Shown piece after piece: positions 1-13,040 of a DNA stretch of 64,000 nt. Positions within the stretch are counted from its first letter, which is position 1, and each line of letters begins with the position of its first letter. Position numbers and translations under genes: made by a program. The DNA lies in contig CM075989.1 of NCBI GenBank assembly GCA_038087875.1, positions 4,278,001-4,342,000 of the forward strand, given 5' to 3'. The notes under the pieces are model-generated. The model was not told the DNA's origin. It saw only the letters and a program-made list of their open reading frames with translations, and did not search any database. This DNA is from Malacoraja senta (taxonomy: Eukaryota).

Positions 1-240
1 CACGCTGACCAGGATCACCTGTACACTAGTTCTACCCTACATGCTAGGGACAATTTACAGAAGCCAATTAACTTACAAACCTGCACGTCTTTGGAAAGTG
101 GGAGGAAGCTGGAGCGCCCGGAGAAACCCTACGCGGTTACATGGAGAACGTTCAAACTCTGTATTGGCAGCACCCATGGTCAGGATCAAACCTAAGTCTC
201 TGGCGGTAAAAGGCAGCAACTCACCTGCTGTGCCACTGTA
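1..240 (-). mobile_element. tRNA-derived V-SINE (HE1-like), partial
   Basis: Reverse complement matches the SINE head and core seen at 54709 and 56922. Confidence 0.8.
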
Positions 241-936
241 CCAGCCTAATCAAACCAAGCAAACTCATCATATTATGACATCTTGGTATGGAAAGTGTGA
301 ATACATTCCCTTTATTTTCTGACTTGAATGGGCAGATTTTCCTTTTTATATGTTTTTATTTTTTATTTTTCACTTGGTTTCTATATCTCCCTGCGAGCTC
401 ACTTTTCATGAACAATCTGACTTCTGAGTCAATGCTCCTTGAATCAGGACCACACACAAGCCACAACTTCATGACATTCATACCAAAAACGTATGACTTG
501 GTAACAGCGATTGCATTTCAAAAAGAATTATTTGACTACACCAGCTTAGACAGCCTGAATATGCGGAAAAGGTAAAGCATATGCAAAATGCTTATCCTAT
601 TTACTGCATATTTTGTCTTGCATTTTTCCTGTTGGTTGTTATTTTTCATTTTGTTCCTCATCTATCTGACCAATACATTGCTACATCTCTGTTCAACACA
701 GGTGTCCTTTTCGCTGTCAACAACATGGCCAATTTTTGAATCACCTGCAAACTTCTTAAATGTGCTCCATAAATTAATTCTAAATGATTTAGGTATACCA
801 CAAAGGGCAAGGGACCTACCGCTAAGCCCTGTGGAACCCCCAAGTAAACATCTTCCCAAACATTAAACATATGTTGATCATTATTCTTTGCATCCTGTCA
901 CTGAGCCAATTTTACATCCACCTTGCCTATTATATT

Positions 937-1206
937 TAAGAAGGAACTGCAGATGCTGCAAAATCGAAGGTAGACAAAAGTGCTGGAGAAACTCAGCGGG
1001 CGCGGCAGCATCTATGAAGGAAATAGGCAAAGTTTCGGGCCGAAACCCTTCTTCAGACTGATGTAGGGTAGGGGGGTGGGGGGGACGGGAAGAAGAAAGG
1101 AAGAGGAGGAGCCAGAGGGCTGAGGGAGAGCTGAGAAGGGGAGGAGACAATAAGGGCTACTGGAAATTGGAGAAGTCAATGTTCATGCCGCTGGGGTATA
1201 GACTCC
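937..1206 (-). mobile_element. Penelope-like element 3' end (ORF end plus pLTR)
   Basis: Reverse complement of the 25330-25597-type sequence, with a hammerhead-like core at about 1027-1060. Confidence 0.85.
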
Positions 1207-1371
1207 TCCAATTTCCTATTTTATTTCAATTTTCTCTTTAGTTGCTAGCCAGGACCTTATTAAACACATTGTGATACCCATGTAGACTAATTAAAATGTG
1301 CTATCCTCATCAGCCTTCCTTGTTACCAACCTAAATATTTCATTCATGTCAATTGGACATGACCTTTTTAG

Positions 1372-1592
1372 AAGATAGACACAAAAAGCTGGAGTAACTC
1401 AGCGGGTCAGACAGCATCTTTGGAGAAAAGGTATCGGTGATGTTTCGGGTCCAGATGTTTCTTCAGACTGAGAATCAGGGGAAAGGCAAATGAGAGATAT
1501 AGACGGTGATACAGAGACATAAAACAAATGAGTGAAAGATATGCAAAAAAGTAATTATGATAAAGGGAACAGCCCATTGTTAGCTGAGGGCG
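1372..1592 (-). mobile_element. Penelope-like pLTR fragment
   Basis: gatagacacaaaaagctggagtaactcagcggg...cttcagactg family motif. Confidence 0.8.
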
Positions 1593-1779
1593 AGTGAGTT
1601 ATTTTCGGAACTAGCCCTTGGTATTCTTGAATCATCTGTGTCTATCAACATGATATTTAATAGTCTCTTGAAAACCTTGATCAAGATTATCATCCATGGA
1701 CAATGTTTGACCTCGCTTCAAGAAAGTTTTTAATAGATATGATAATAGGTGAGAATGGATACATATATTTGAGGTTCTG

Positions 1780-2003
1780 CTCATATCTGTCAAAACCCGT
1801 ATCCATACACCTGTCCAAATGTCTTTTAAATGGAGTTATAGTATCTGCCTCAACTTGCTCCTCAGGTAGTTTGTTCCATTACCCAGCACTGTCTATGTGC
1901 AAAAGTTGCCTCTCAATTTCCTAACAAATCTTTCTCCTCTCAATTTAAACCTTGGTCCTCTGGTTCTTGATTCACCTACTCTGGGTGAAAAGCTGTGCAT
2001 TCA
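1780..2003 (-). mobile_element. CR1 LINE 3' fragment
   Basis: Reverse complement similar to the CR1 3' region at 7700-7900. Confidence 0.75.
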
Positions 2004-2752
2004 AAATTAATTGGCATATATCATATACGTTTAGAAATGTTAATTAGTTGAACAAATGGATCAAATTTGATCTGTGGAAGTGGGTGTCGATTCCAACCCA
2101 GCTCACCAGTTTGTTCGAGAGATTTTTAAAAACATTCTAGTTTGCTCCTGGAAGAGTTAGCAGTGTCTGGGGAGTTGGTCTCTTCCTATTTGGCTACAGT
2201 TGGAACAGATGGTGGAGGGATTTGCAATGTTCAGGGCGGCATGAGGTGTTTTGCAGATTAAGAGGGTGTTGCTCGCAGGGGTTGGGTGCCTTTGTTCCAC
2301 AGTGAAGTGTCCCTCAATTTAGTTCCATGCAATAGAACGTGATAAGCTGGGGAACAAATCTCTGTACCTGATGGACAGGCCTTGAATGGTGTTTAGATAT
2401 CGATGATTCAAATCCTCCTTTCCAAGCTTTGCATTTCAAAGGAAGAGGACAGTCTGTGACTCAAATTTCCTTTTTTTTAAAATCTTATTCCTGCTTGTTA
2501 TTGATTTCACAGGGCCAAAATGGGGGAAGATTGGAGAGTCTGGTTTAGAATATGCTTTCAATGAAACCGGTTAATAAATAGAAACTGATCCCTCCTGTTT
2601 GTGTGGTCTATTGGAATTTTACTTTAAATTAAGAGATGGGAGGGTCATTAGACTTTGCTGTGGTTCGTGGAAGAGCATTTCACTTGTAATGTGCTGTTCA
2701 ATGTACAGAACAATGTGAATTTTGACCTAAGAGCAAGCAAAGACTGATTTTA

Positions 2753-3002
2753 TGTGTAAGAAGGAACTGCAGATGCTGGTTTAAACCGAAGATAGACACA
2801 AAAAGCTGAAGTAACTCAGCGGGCAGGCAGCATCTCTGGAGTAGAGGAATAAGTGACATTTCACGTCGAGACCCATCTTCAGACTGAAAGTCAGGAAAAT
2901 GAGAGATATAGACAGTGATATAGAGAGATATAGAGCAAATGAATGAAAGATATGCAAAAAAGTATCGATATAAAGGTAGAGGACATTGTTAGCAGTGGGC
3001 TA
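2753..3002 (-). mobile_element. Penelope-like pLTR with 10-bp TSD
   Basis: Family motif flanked by actgatttta at 2743-2752 and 3003-3012. Confidence 0.8.
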
Positions 3003-3339
3003 ACTGATTTTAGTTGCTTATTGTTGTACCAAATAGTTGTCTAGTTTAGTTTATTGTCATGTATACCGATGCACAGTGAACAGTTTTGGAATGATGAATT
3101 AGTGTAGATTCTAAAAGGTAAATTACAATGTATGCAAGCATGAATTGGTACAGGTAGGCAAATTACTTGATGGGTTCTGGTGCTGCAATTAAATGTTAAA
3201 TTTAAAAAACTGCCAGGTTTGGATGATTATGATAACTATTCAGGAATGTTGGTTAAAATGATATTCAACTTTAATATCTCGTGGTACTGATCTATATCAG
3301 ATTTCTGCCTGGATCAGGGGATATTAGCTACAAAGAGTG

Positions 3340-3940
3340 CTAATCGTTGGGCAAACTTGGATTGTTTTCTCTGCAAAACGCCAATGGTTGAGGGCAGACC
3401 TGATAGAAATATATGACATTGTGAGAGGCATGGATAGGGTAGACAGTCGGAACCTTTTGCCCCAGAGTAGAAATGTCAAAGACTAGAGGGCATAGCTTTA
3501 AGGTCAGAGGGACAACATTTCCTGGACATGTGTAGGTCAAGTTATTTTAGGCAGAGGGTGGTGGATGCCTGGAACGTGTTGCCAGGGGTGGTGGTGGAGG
3601 CACATACCATAGTGGCGTTTAAGAGGCTTTTACAAGATACATTTATTTGTCACATGTGCCAGTTGGCACCGTGAAATGTGATCACCATACAGCCATACAA
3701 TAAAATAAAGAATACAACACACGATAGAGTTCAACGTAAAACATCCCCACACAGCAGAATCAAAAGTTTCCCACTGTGAGGGAAGGCACCAAAGTCGGTC
3801 AGTTTTTGATAGGCACATAGGTTTGAGGATGTGCAGGCAGAAGAGGTTAGTGTAGCTTGGCATCGTGATCGATGATCATGATCATCAATGCAGTGGGCCG
3901 AAGCGTCTCTTCCTATGCTGTAGTTATCATGTTCTAATAG
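3340..3940 (+). mobile_element. CR1 LINE 3' fragment interrupted by another retroelement tail (about 3632-3803)
   Basis: CR1 C-terminal coding and 3' UTR motifs (agagggtggtggatgcctggaac; gggccgaag). Confidence 0.75.
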
Positions 3941-4309
3941 GTTTATAATGGCTGCTAAACTGCACATCCCAGCAAATTGCAGGAATCATTTTGTTCAATC
4001 CTGGGAGCATCAGAACCATTAAATCCCCCTGTATTTCTTGCACTTTCATTGGTGAAAAGGTGTTGGTGGAATTCCATACACAACTGGGCTCATTTTTTGA
4101 TGTGTGGGTTTCCTGCAGTACAATATCAAAACCGTCTGGTCGTGGATATAGCTTCAATATGTACCTGAACTATATCGTAACTAAGGTGTAACCTAGTCCA
4201 GTCAGGACAATCCTAGTGCCAAATGCCACCCTAACCCCCCCCCCCCCCCCCCCACACACACACACATGATTCTTCTTTAAATATGTTGTGTGGTGAAATT
4301 TGGAAACGT

Positions 4310-4925
4310 CATAGATTCATACAGCACGGTAACAGCTCCTTCGGCCCAACTTGTCCATGATGCCCAAAATGTCCCATCTACACGTCCCGTTTGCTTGCAT
4401 TTGGCCCATGTCCCTCTGAACCTTTCCCCACAATGGACCTACCTCCTCTGGCATGTATCTCATTCCATATACCCACCACTCACTGTGAAATATACTCACA
4501 ATAATCAAGCACTTTTGTCTTTTATGTTAATTATATGGGGTGTTGCTGGCATAGACAACATTTTGTCGCCCTTTCTCAGTAAACTAGATGCAAAATTATA
4601 TTGGATGATGGTCATAGTGTCATACAGCACAGAAACAAGTCCTTTAGCCCATCTCGTCGATACTAAACAAGGTGCCCCATCTAAGCTAGTCCCAATTGCC
4701 TGCATTTGGTCCATATCCCTCTTAACCTTTCCATGTTCTTATTAAATGTATATTGGTCTCTTAAATTTTGTTATTGTACCTGGCTCAACTATCTCCTCTG
4801 GCAGCTCATTCCATTACCCACTACCCATTGAGTGAAAAGGTTGTCCCAAAGGTTGTTATTAAATCTTTCCCCTCTCACCTTAAACCCATATTCTCTGGTT
4901 CTTGATTCCCCAACTCAGGATAAAA
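4310..4925 (-). mobile_element. Two CR1 3' tails
   Basis: Reverse complement of the CR1 tail (ccttcggcccaacttg...; ctctggttcttgattcccc). Confidence 0.7.
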
Positions 4926-5159
4926 AATGATCTGATAGTTGTTGCTGGAGGGGTGATAGCTTCTAGATCACGAAACCTTGATATATATACTCGAGGGAGA
5001 ACACCAGTGATCATTTTTGAGTTGTTTCTATGAAGATGAGTTTATAACTTGTGTGATAATTTGCGCGGAATACAGCGATTATGAAATTGTAATCCAAGGA
5101 GACATTCTCCTTCGTCACTATCAGTGCACTTAGAGATTTCAAATAGTACACAGACAGAA

Positions 5160-5337
5160 GACAGATGCAAAGTGCTGGAGTAAGTCAGTGGGTCAGACAG
5201 CACCTCTGTAGGATCCCGACCTGAAACGTTACCTATTCTTTTTCTCCAGGCATGCTACCTGACCTGCTGAGTTACGCCAGCACTGTGCGTCTATGTTTGG
5301 TATAAACCAGCATCTACAATTCTTTGTTTCTATGTTT
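5160..5337. mobile_element. Inverted pair of Penelope-like pLTRs with 16-bp TSD
   Basis: Fold-back arrangement; tagtacacagacagaa at 5144-5159 and 5338-5353. Confidence 0.8.
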
Positions 5338-6149
5338 TAGTACACAGACAGAAATTGATTTGAGATCTAGCTTCCAATATTAAAAAAATCTTAAGATGTT
5401 GCCTTCCCAGACAAGTCTGCTTTTCACTTCCAATTTCTGATTGTCAATGAGATGATGTGCTGAGCCTTTTTTGCGAACCATTAATCTGTGAAGATGCTCC
5501 CATAATCTTGCGTAGGAACTACCATGTTGGCAGTCCATTGACGACTGAGCACCTTGATTGTTGTGAGACTTGGGGGAAATCCTGGTGCTATTGGACTTTG
5601 TTTATTTCTGCTTCCATGTCCAGAGTGGTGGAGATTGGTTGTTCCAGTGATGCAGTCACAGAGGTCTTACAACAATATTGATCTGCTGCACGACCAGCTG
5701 GCTTGCACACTCGCTGAGAATAAAAGAGAGAACCAACATGAACATTTTATTATCTCCCTGTAGTTTAGTACCAGCTTACATGGTAATGGGCAACATTATG
5801 AGAACAGGATCCATACGAACTTAAAAAGATTGACATTATCTTCAATGTTTTTCCTTAGAATTAAAACGGCCATATTACTCATGTAAGAAATATCACACAG
5901 CAGCAGGAGAATAATGACGTTTGGGTTCACCATGTGAATGTTCAACAAAGTCATTTAGGTTCTGTTTTCCAAATGGTGGGATTCAATGGAAGATATTAGG
6001 AAGATGAAGCACTGCGATTCTACTGTGTGTAGTTATATAAGGCAGTATTTGATATGGAAGGGAAGCGTGATGGTGAAGATAGGATCACTGTCTCCACCTT
6101 CAATAACCCTTTGTAACATAGAACAGAACAGCACATTTTAACCCTGACT

Positions 6150-6422
6150 TGTTACCACAGCCATGTGTGTTTCGCCTTCTTTTATCCCTGTTAGCACTTC
6201 TACCCCAGCCAACAATGGGCCATATGGACCACCCTTCCTAAGGGTCATCTGTTGCTGGCCCTGTTTGTTCTGGCCTTCTCTATCTTGCAGTCTGAGGAAG
6301 GGTTCTGACCTGAAATGCACCTTTTCCTTTTCTCCAGAAATGCTGCCTGACCCGCTGAGTAACTCCAGTATTTTGCGTCTTTCTTCGGTATAAACCAGCA
6401 TCTGCAGATCCTACCTGCACAA
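6150..6422 (+). mobile_element. Penelope-like 3' UTR/pLTR, degenerate
   Basis: gtctgaggaagggttctgacctgaaa...ccagcatctgcag. Confidence 0.75.
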
Positions 6423-6504
6423 GTAAGGGAGGGGTTTAGTGACGGTAACGCTGCACACAATTATTTCACTGTAAATCTGATTCATTTTCAATACATTGGA
6501 TATA

Positions 6505-7996
6505 TCCGAGGACATTGCGGGAACTAGGGAACAAATTGCGGGAGCCCGGGTTGAAATTTATGAGCTGTCCTTAAATACAGGAGAGCTGCCGGAAGACTAG
6601 AGGGTGGCAAATGTTGTGACTCTTTTCAAGAAGGGCTGAAGGGAAAATGCTGAGAACTATAGAGCTTAACATCTGTAGTGGTAACTTACTGGAAAGTATT
6701 ATGAGGGATAGGTTATATAGGCATTTGGATGGGCAAGGGCTGATTCGGGATAGTCAGCATGGTTTTGGACATGGGAGGTCGTGTCTCACAAATCTGATTG
6801 ATATTTTTGAAGACGTGACCAAAAAGTTGATGGGGGCAGAGCTGTAGATGTTGTGACATGGACTTCAGTAAGGCATTCGACAAGGTTCCGCATGGCAGGC
6901 TGCACTGGAAGGTTAGATCTCCTGGTATCCAAGGAGAGATAGCTGAATGAATAGCAAATTGGCTCCATGGAAGGTAGCAGAGGGTGATGGTGGAAGGTTG
7001 CTTCTCGGACTGGAGGCCTATGACTAGTGGTGTGCCTCAGGGTTCGGTGCTGGGCCCGTTACTGTTTGCCAACTATATTAATGATTTGGATGAGAACATA
7101 CAGGGCAAGATTAGCAAGTTTGCTGATGATACAAAAGTTGGTGGTTTTGCAGATAGTGAAGATGGTTGTGAACGATTGCAGCAGGATCTGGATCGATTGG
7201 CTAGGTGGGCAGGGGAATGGTTGATGGAATTTAATACAGAAAAGTGTGAGGAGTTGCGTTTTGGGACGTCGAACAAAGGCACGACCTACACAGTAAATGG
7301 TAGGCCTCTGGGTAGTGTTGTAGAGCAGAGGAATCTAGGAGTACAGGTGCATGGCTCCTTGAAGGTCGAGTCGCAGGTAGATAAGGTGGTCAAAAAGGCT
7401 TTTGGCACTTTGACCTTCATCAGTCAGAGTATTGAGTATAGAAGTTGGGAGGTCATGTTGCAGTTGTATAAGACATTGGTGAGTGCATTTAGAATATTGT
7501 GTTCAGTTCTGGGCACCATGTTATAGGAAAGATATTGTCAGGCTTGAAAGGGTTCAGAAAAGATTTATGAGGATGTTGCCAGGACTAGAGGGTGTGAGCT
7601 ATAGGGAGAGGTTGAGTAGGAGGTGGAGCGCAGGAGGATGAGGGGTGATCTTATAGAGGTGTACAGATCATGAGTGGAATAGTTCGGGTAGATGCACAGT
7701 CTCTTGCCCAGAGTAGGGGAATCGAGGACCAGAGCACATAGGTTCAAGGCGAAGGGGAAAAGGTTTTATAGGAATCCGAGGGGTAACTTTTTCACATAAA
7801 GGGTGGTGGGTGTATGGAACAAGCTGCCAGAGGAGGTAGTTGAGGCTGGGACTATCCCACCATTTAAGAACCAGTTAGACAAGTTTGGAGGGATATGGAC
7901 CAAGCGCAGACAAATAGGACTAGTGTAGCTGGTGTTGGCAAGTTGGGCCGAAGGGCCTGTTTCCACACTGTATCACTATGACTCTATGACTCTATT
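6505..7996 (+). mobile_element. CR1 (HER1-like) LINE, 5'-truncated, RT pseudogene
   Basis: ORF pieces SQHGF..SCLTNL, SGVPQGSVLGPLLF, KFADDTK; frameshifts; (atgactct)n tail. Confidence 0.93.
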
Positions 7997-8287
7997 GGGC
8001 TCAAGACCTTGGTGCAAGACATGTCCAATGGAGCTAAAATAAAATAATTAGACTTTGAAGGTTTCTTCGAAATGGGATCTGATGCAAATCTAACAACAAC
8101 AAAATATTGTTGTCTTCAGTGCGGCTAATTATTTGGAAAAGTTTAGTTTGGAGAAACTGGAGGACAGGATAGGGAGATGTGGAACTTGGAGCGCGTTGCA
8201 TTTTGAGAGAAAGACGCAAAGATAGGATAAATAGGATGCTCTTCTGAACCATCCTAACTACAATTGGTGAGCAGTCCTGAACTACTG

Positions 8288-8510
8288 GAGATAGACACAA
8301 AAGGCTGGAGTAATTCAGCAAACAGGCAGCTTCTCTGAAGATAAGGAATGGGTGACGATTCTGGTCAAGACCCTTCTTCAGACTGGTTAAGGATAAGGGA
8401 AACCAGAGATATAGACGGTGATGTGGAGAGATAAAGAACAATGAATGTAAGATATGCAAAAAAAGTAACGACGATAAAGGAAACAGGCCATTGTCAGCTG
8501 TTTGTAGTGT
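8288..8510 (-). mobile_element. Penelope-like pLTR
   Basis: Family motif with a degenerate hammerhead core at about 8353-8386. Confidence 0.8.
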
Positions 8511-8896
8511 GGGAATATTAAACGGGTTACGGAAAGTGGAGATGACTGCAATATATATTCATGGATCAAGCGCAAAAACAAACCATACTGACGCGCAATA
8601 CTACTTGGACTCTGAATATCTTCAACATGTGACCTATATTTGCATTGTTGTAAAGTATTCACCCTATGAATAGATTCATTGGTAAAGCAGCGGAGAACGA
8701 TCCAGCAGGTTACATTCTGGACTCGGGGATAAAGACTTAATTAACCCGCAAGACGAGATCTTTAATTAGCTCACAGCTCCCCCCGCAAGGATAAATCCTA
8801 GTGGGCAGTTAACGTGTATTGACAGTTGTGAGTCAATCTATTCAATGGAAAATCAATCTCCATTTGCACCAAACGAGAAATCACATCACCGCTTCG

Positions 8897-9028
8897 GTGT
8901 AGGAAGCATCTGCAGATATTGGTTTAAACCGAAGATAGACACAAAAGCTGGAGTAATTTAGCGGGTCAGGCAGCATCTCTGGAGAGAAGGAATAGGTGAC
9001 GTTTCGGGTGGAGACCCTTCTTCAGACC
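8897..9028 (-). mobile_element. Penelope-like pLTR with near-intact hammerhead core
   Basis: gtgacgtttcgggtggagacccttcttcagac at 8997-9028. Confidence 0.8.
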
Positions 9029-9516
9029 GGCCGGGTTGTTAATTCGTAGTAAAGATATGAAGCCAGTGCAGGTGTAAATGAGACTTCATATCGATCGAAA
9101 GACAGCTCATGTTGTCGTCCACTGAGAGATACTAGTCGATTTACCCGACCCAAACTTACCCAATGTCGTACACCTGCATGTATGAGCTGGCCATCTTTAA
9201 GCGGTGATTATACTGGAGTAGGATAGCACTGGAGTAAAATGCTGGAGTAACTCAGCGGGTCAGTCTGGAGAAAAGGGATGGGTGATGTTTAGGGTCGGGA
9301 CCCTTCTTCAGACTATAGCTCCGGAATGGATCTGCGCAACCAGAGTAAGACAGTTTAAATGATCAATTAGGAACAGATTGCCTGCGTCCTCCACGGTCTG
9401 ATTGCACAGTTTGTTTGGTCAATTTGCAGAATACAGTGTCTTTGAGGAAGACTTTGGTCAGACATACATAGATAAATATGTAAAGACGGGTTAAAATCGG
9501 GTACTGGTCTCAGAAG

Positions 9517-9835
9517 TTATAGAGTCATAGAGCCTCTTCGGCCCAACTTGCCCACACTGACCAACATGTCCCATCTACACTAGTCTCGCCTGCTTGCGTT
9601 TGACTCACTATCTCTCTAAAAGAAGGGGTTCGACCCGAAACGTCACCTATTCCTTCTCTCCAGGGATGCTATCTGACCCACGGAAGTTACTGCAGATTTT
9701 TGCGTCTATCCATGTAGCTGTCTAAATGTTTCTTAAACGTTGCGATAGCACCTGCCTCAACCACCTCCTCAGGCAGCTCGTTCCATACACCCATCACCAT
9801 TTGTGTGAAACAGTTATCCCTCAGGTTCCAATTAA
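9517..9835 (-). mobile_element. CR1 3' tail with nested pLTR (about 9620-9710, + strand)
   Basis: CR1 tail reverse complement interrupted by agaaggggttcgacccgaaacgtcacc. Confidence 0.75.
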
Positions 9836-12521
9836 GTACGAACCATCAGAATGGCACGCTGGTTCTATATTGGTGCAATTCTATAGGCGTCATTCGTGAT
9901 TGGGATCGCTTGCTTCGTCTTCCTGTTCACTCGATTCCTTGATATCGTTGTCTTTTCCCTTTTCGATCTCCTAATAAAATCATGCAATTGAAGTTTTCTT
10001 TTAAAAAGAAAATATTGTATCTGTGCCGCAGTTTGGAGAATGAAACGCGAACGCTAACCCCACAGTTTAGTTTTCTAGTCGTATTTACTGCATAACAAAG
10101 TGCTGGAGGAACTTCTTGTGCAATCGTTTCCATCTCAACCATTTCTTCTCCCCAGAGATGCTGCCTGCCCCGCTTAGTTACTCCAGCGTGTTGTGTCTAT
10201 CCAAGCTTACAACGTCCATCTTCCATCAATCCCCTTCCGAAAGTAATAACGAATGATTCGGATTGTTTACACTTTACCACCTTTAGACTTTAGACCCTTT
10301 AAAATTGTGTTTTCAGTTTCATTATACGAACTCAGATATGTCCAGAAACACGCAAAGTGACAGGATAACTCAGCAGGCCAGGCAATGAGCAGACGACGCT
10401 TCAGACTGAGAAAGGGTCCCGACACGAAACCCCATCCATAGATGCTGCCTGGCCGCCGAGTCCATCCAGCACTAGGTATTTTGATCAAGGTTCCAGCATC
10501 AGCAGTTCATTTTGTCTCTTAGAAAATGTCCAGTTTGCGTTGATACCTGGATGTAAAAATATATAGGAAATTATTCCACACGTCATAATACTGCTATGGT
10601 TGACCTAATCTTACGTTCAAATGTGCTCTGAAAACGAAATCGTGACCACCCATTCCTTCAATCCAGAAATGCTGCCCGTCCCGCCGAGTTACGCCCGCAT
10701 TTTGTGTCCATCCAGTTGTGCCAAGATTGTTAACAAACGTCTTTATGCGGATTGTTAATATCAAAAATGCCCAAGTCCTTTGCTATTAAACTTGTAATTA
10801 ATGCGATTTTTAAAATTGTCTTTCATGTGTTATTTTCCAGATTTGGCATGGGAGAGTCAACCGAAGAGTGACCTTATCACGGAGGGCTTGCCTCTAATCG
10901 CAGAGGAACCCCAATAACACCACGACACGAACGTTGCAAGGGCCTGAGTCTTGGAGATAAGATGGAAGACATGACATCTGGGTGAAAGTTGGAATGGATT
11001 ACCAGACTTTGCCTTTTAGGTCCATTGGTCAGAGATAATTTGATGAAGACTTGAAGCATATGACCGGTAATATTGATTTTTGGCCATGGAACTTCGTTAG
11101 GGAAGAACCTCGACTTTCAGTCACTTTGTACTTTATTACTATTGTCACGAGTTACTTCTCCTCAATTTTTATTTTCCACCATCGGATGAGATGCATCGAT
11201 TGTACAGACGAGCGAACAAAGATTTGTGTGTATGATGGGCTGATTTGGAAATGGTCAGACCATGCATTCGCACCAAAAGACACAGAAAAGGACATGATAT
11301 TCGGGCCAAAGCAATGTCTAATGGAAGAGAAGTTCCTATTTGTATTTTTCGATCTCCGATTGGCGTGGATGAATTTCGGAACAACCTCCATAGACGTTCA
11401 TTTTAAATATGAATTGAGATACATGACATGAATTGAGTATGCTTTGAGATTTTTTTAGATACTGATGCTAACTTTTAATCTGCTATAAATTGGTATGGCC
11501 GAAGATAGACTCTGGAGTAACTCAGCGGGATAGGCAGTATCTCTGGATTGAAGGAATTGTCTTGTGATGCTTAATCAGTCGCCCAAAAAAATGATATAGT
11601 AGTAAATATGTATGGGATGAGGTGCGTGCGTTTCTGTTTGTATAATTGCCCCTAGTGATTTTATCCTTGTAAAAAAAAATTGAACTAATAAATTGAAACA
11701 ATATTCCTTTTCTCCAGTGATAATGCTTGTCCCGCTAAGTTACTCCAACATTTTGTGTCTACGGTGTAAACCAGCATCTGCAGTTCCTTCCTTCGTAAAT
11801 AGCTATGGGTAGTCAGGCGTGGCTTATAACAAGCTCCCAATTATGTTGGCTGTTAATATGGCCGATAGTTCAATTCTCCAATGTAAAATATACTTTTTGA
11901 GCGCAAACAGCGACTCTGGTAGAAAGTATGTCCAAATTTGCGTCCAATTTAACCGCGAGAACCTTTTCACCACCCACCCTGATCCATTTATAAACCACTC
12001 ACGTTTAACCTGTCATGAACTGGGGCAATTTTAAGATGTGCTCTTTAGAAAATTATTTTAAAACATCCCCTGTTATTTTTAAGAACATCTTGGTGAAAAA
12101 CAAAATTGATTAATGTAGGTGAAATTGGTTTAAAGTAAGCATCTTAAATCAGTGTCACTCCACCATCTGTGAAATTACAGAACTAAATTATAGATAATGA
12201 CTTTATTAAAAAACTATATAGAATCATTTCTTCGTTGTATTAGGACAGGGTAATCATCTCTTTGATTTTCCTGTTAAGAAAAAGAATGTTGAAACGTGCA
12301 CAAATCCAGTTAATTTTGGAAGCACCTGGAAGCTTGCAATTAGCTGATGATCCCAATGGAGGAACCAACCCCTGGGTACGGCTGCTGTATGGGTGGGGCA
12401 TGATCGAGCTGTTTTGAAAGTCGGATCAAAGAGTCAGTAAGCTCAACGTGCTTTATATCTCGGGATCCATTGCATCATTTACGTCGACACAGACGGGACT
12501 GTAAAACAGTCGCCATGTTCT

Positions 12522-13040
12522 TGTGTAGCAAGGAAATGCAGATGCTGGTTTAAACCGAAGATAGACACAAAATGCTGGAGTAACTCAGCTGGACAGGCAG
12601 CATCTCTGGAGAGAAGGTATGGGTCGAGACCCTTCTTCAGACTGTTGTGACGGACACCATGTTGACGAATGAACATTTTCTCACATGATATGGACTGACT
12701 GGGGTTAGCATTTCCCCGCATGACAACACCCCCACCCCCCTCCCATTTCGATCCTCTTTCCCACCCCACAAAATAAACGCCCTCCCCTAGCTGTGCGAGG
12801 GTGCTTTGAACTCGAGAGAATATGAACATCCGTAAATAGCTGGAGTAACTCAGCGGGTCAAACAGCATCTCTGGAGAGAAGGAATAGGTGATGTTTCGGG
12901 TCGAGACCCAGTCTAAAAAAGGGTGTCGATCCGAAACATCACCTGTTCCTTTCCTCATAGATACTGCCTGTCCCACTGAGTTACCTCGGCATTTTGTGCC
13001 TATCTTCGGTTTAAACCAGCATTTGCAGTTCCTCCCTACA
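12522..13040. mobile_element. Cluster of Penelope-like pLTRs including an inverted pair (12838-13040)
   Basis: Family motifs in both orientations. Confidence 0.8.

Noticed and set aside
4235..4266. Poly-C/(CA)n run
   Set aside because: Ordinary microsatellite.
11051..11431. 126-aa ORF as a host gene
   Set aside because: No recognisable domain and a non-ATG first codon in the track; length is compatible with chance.
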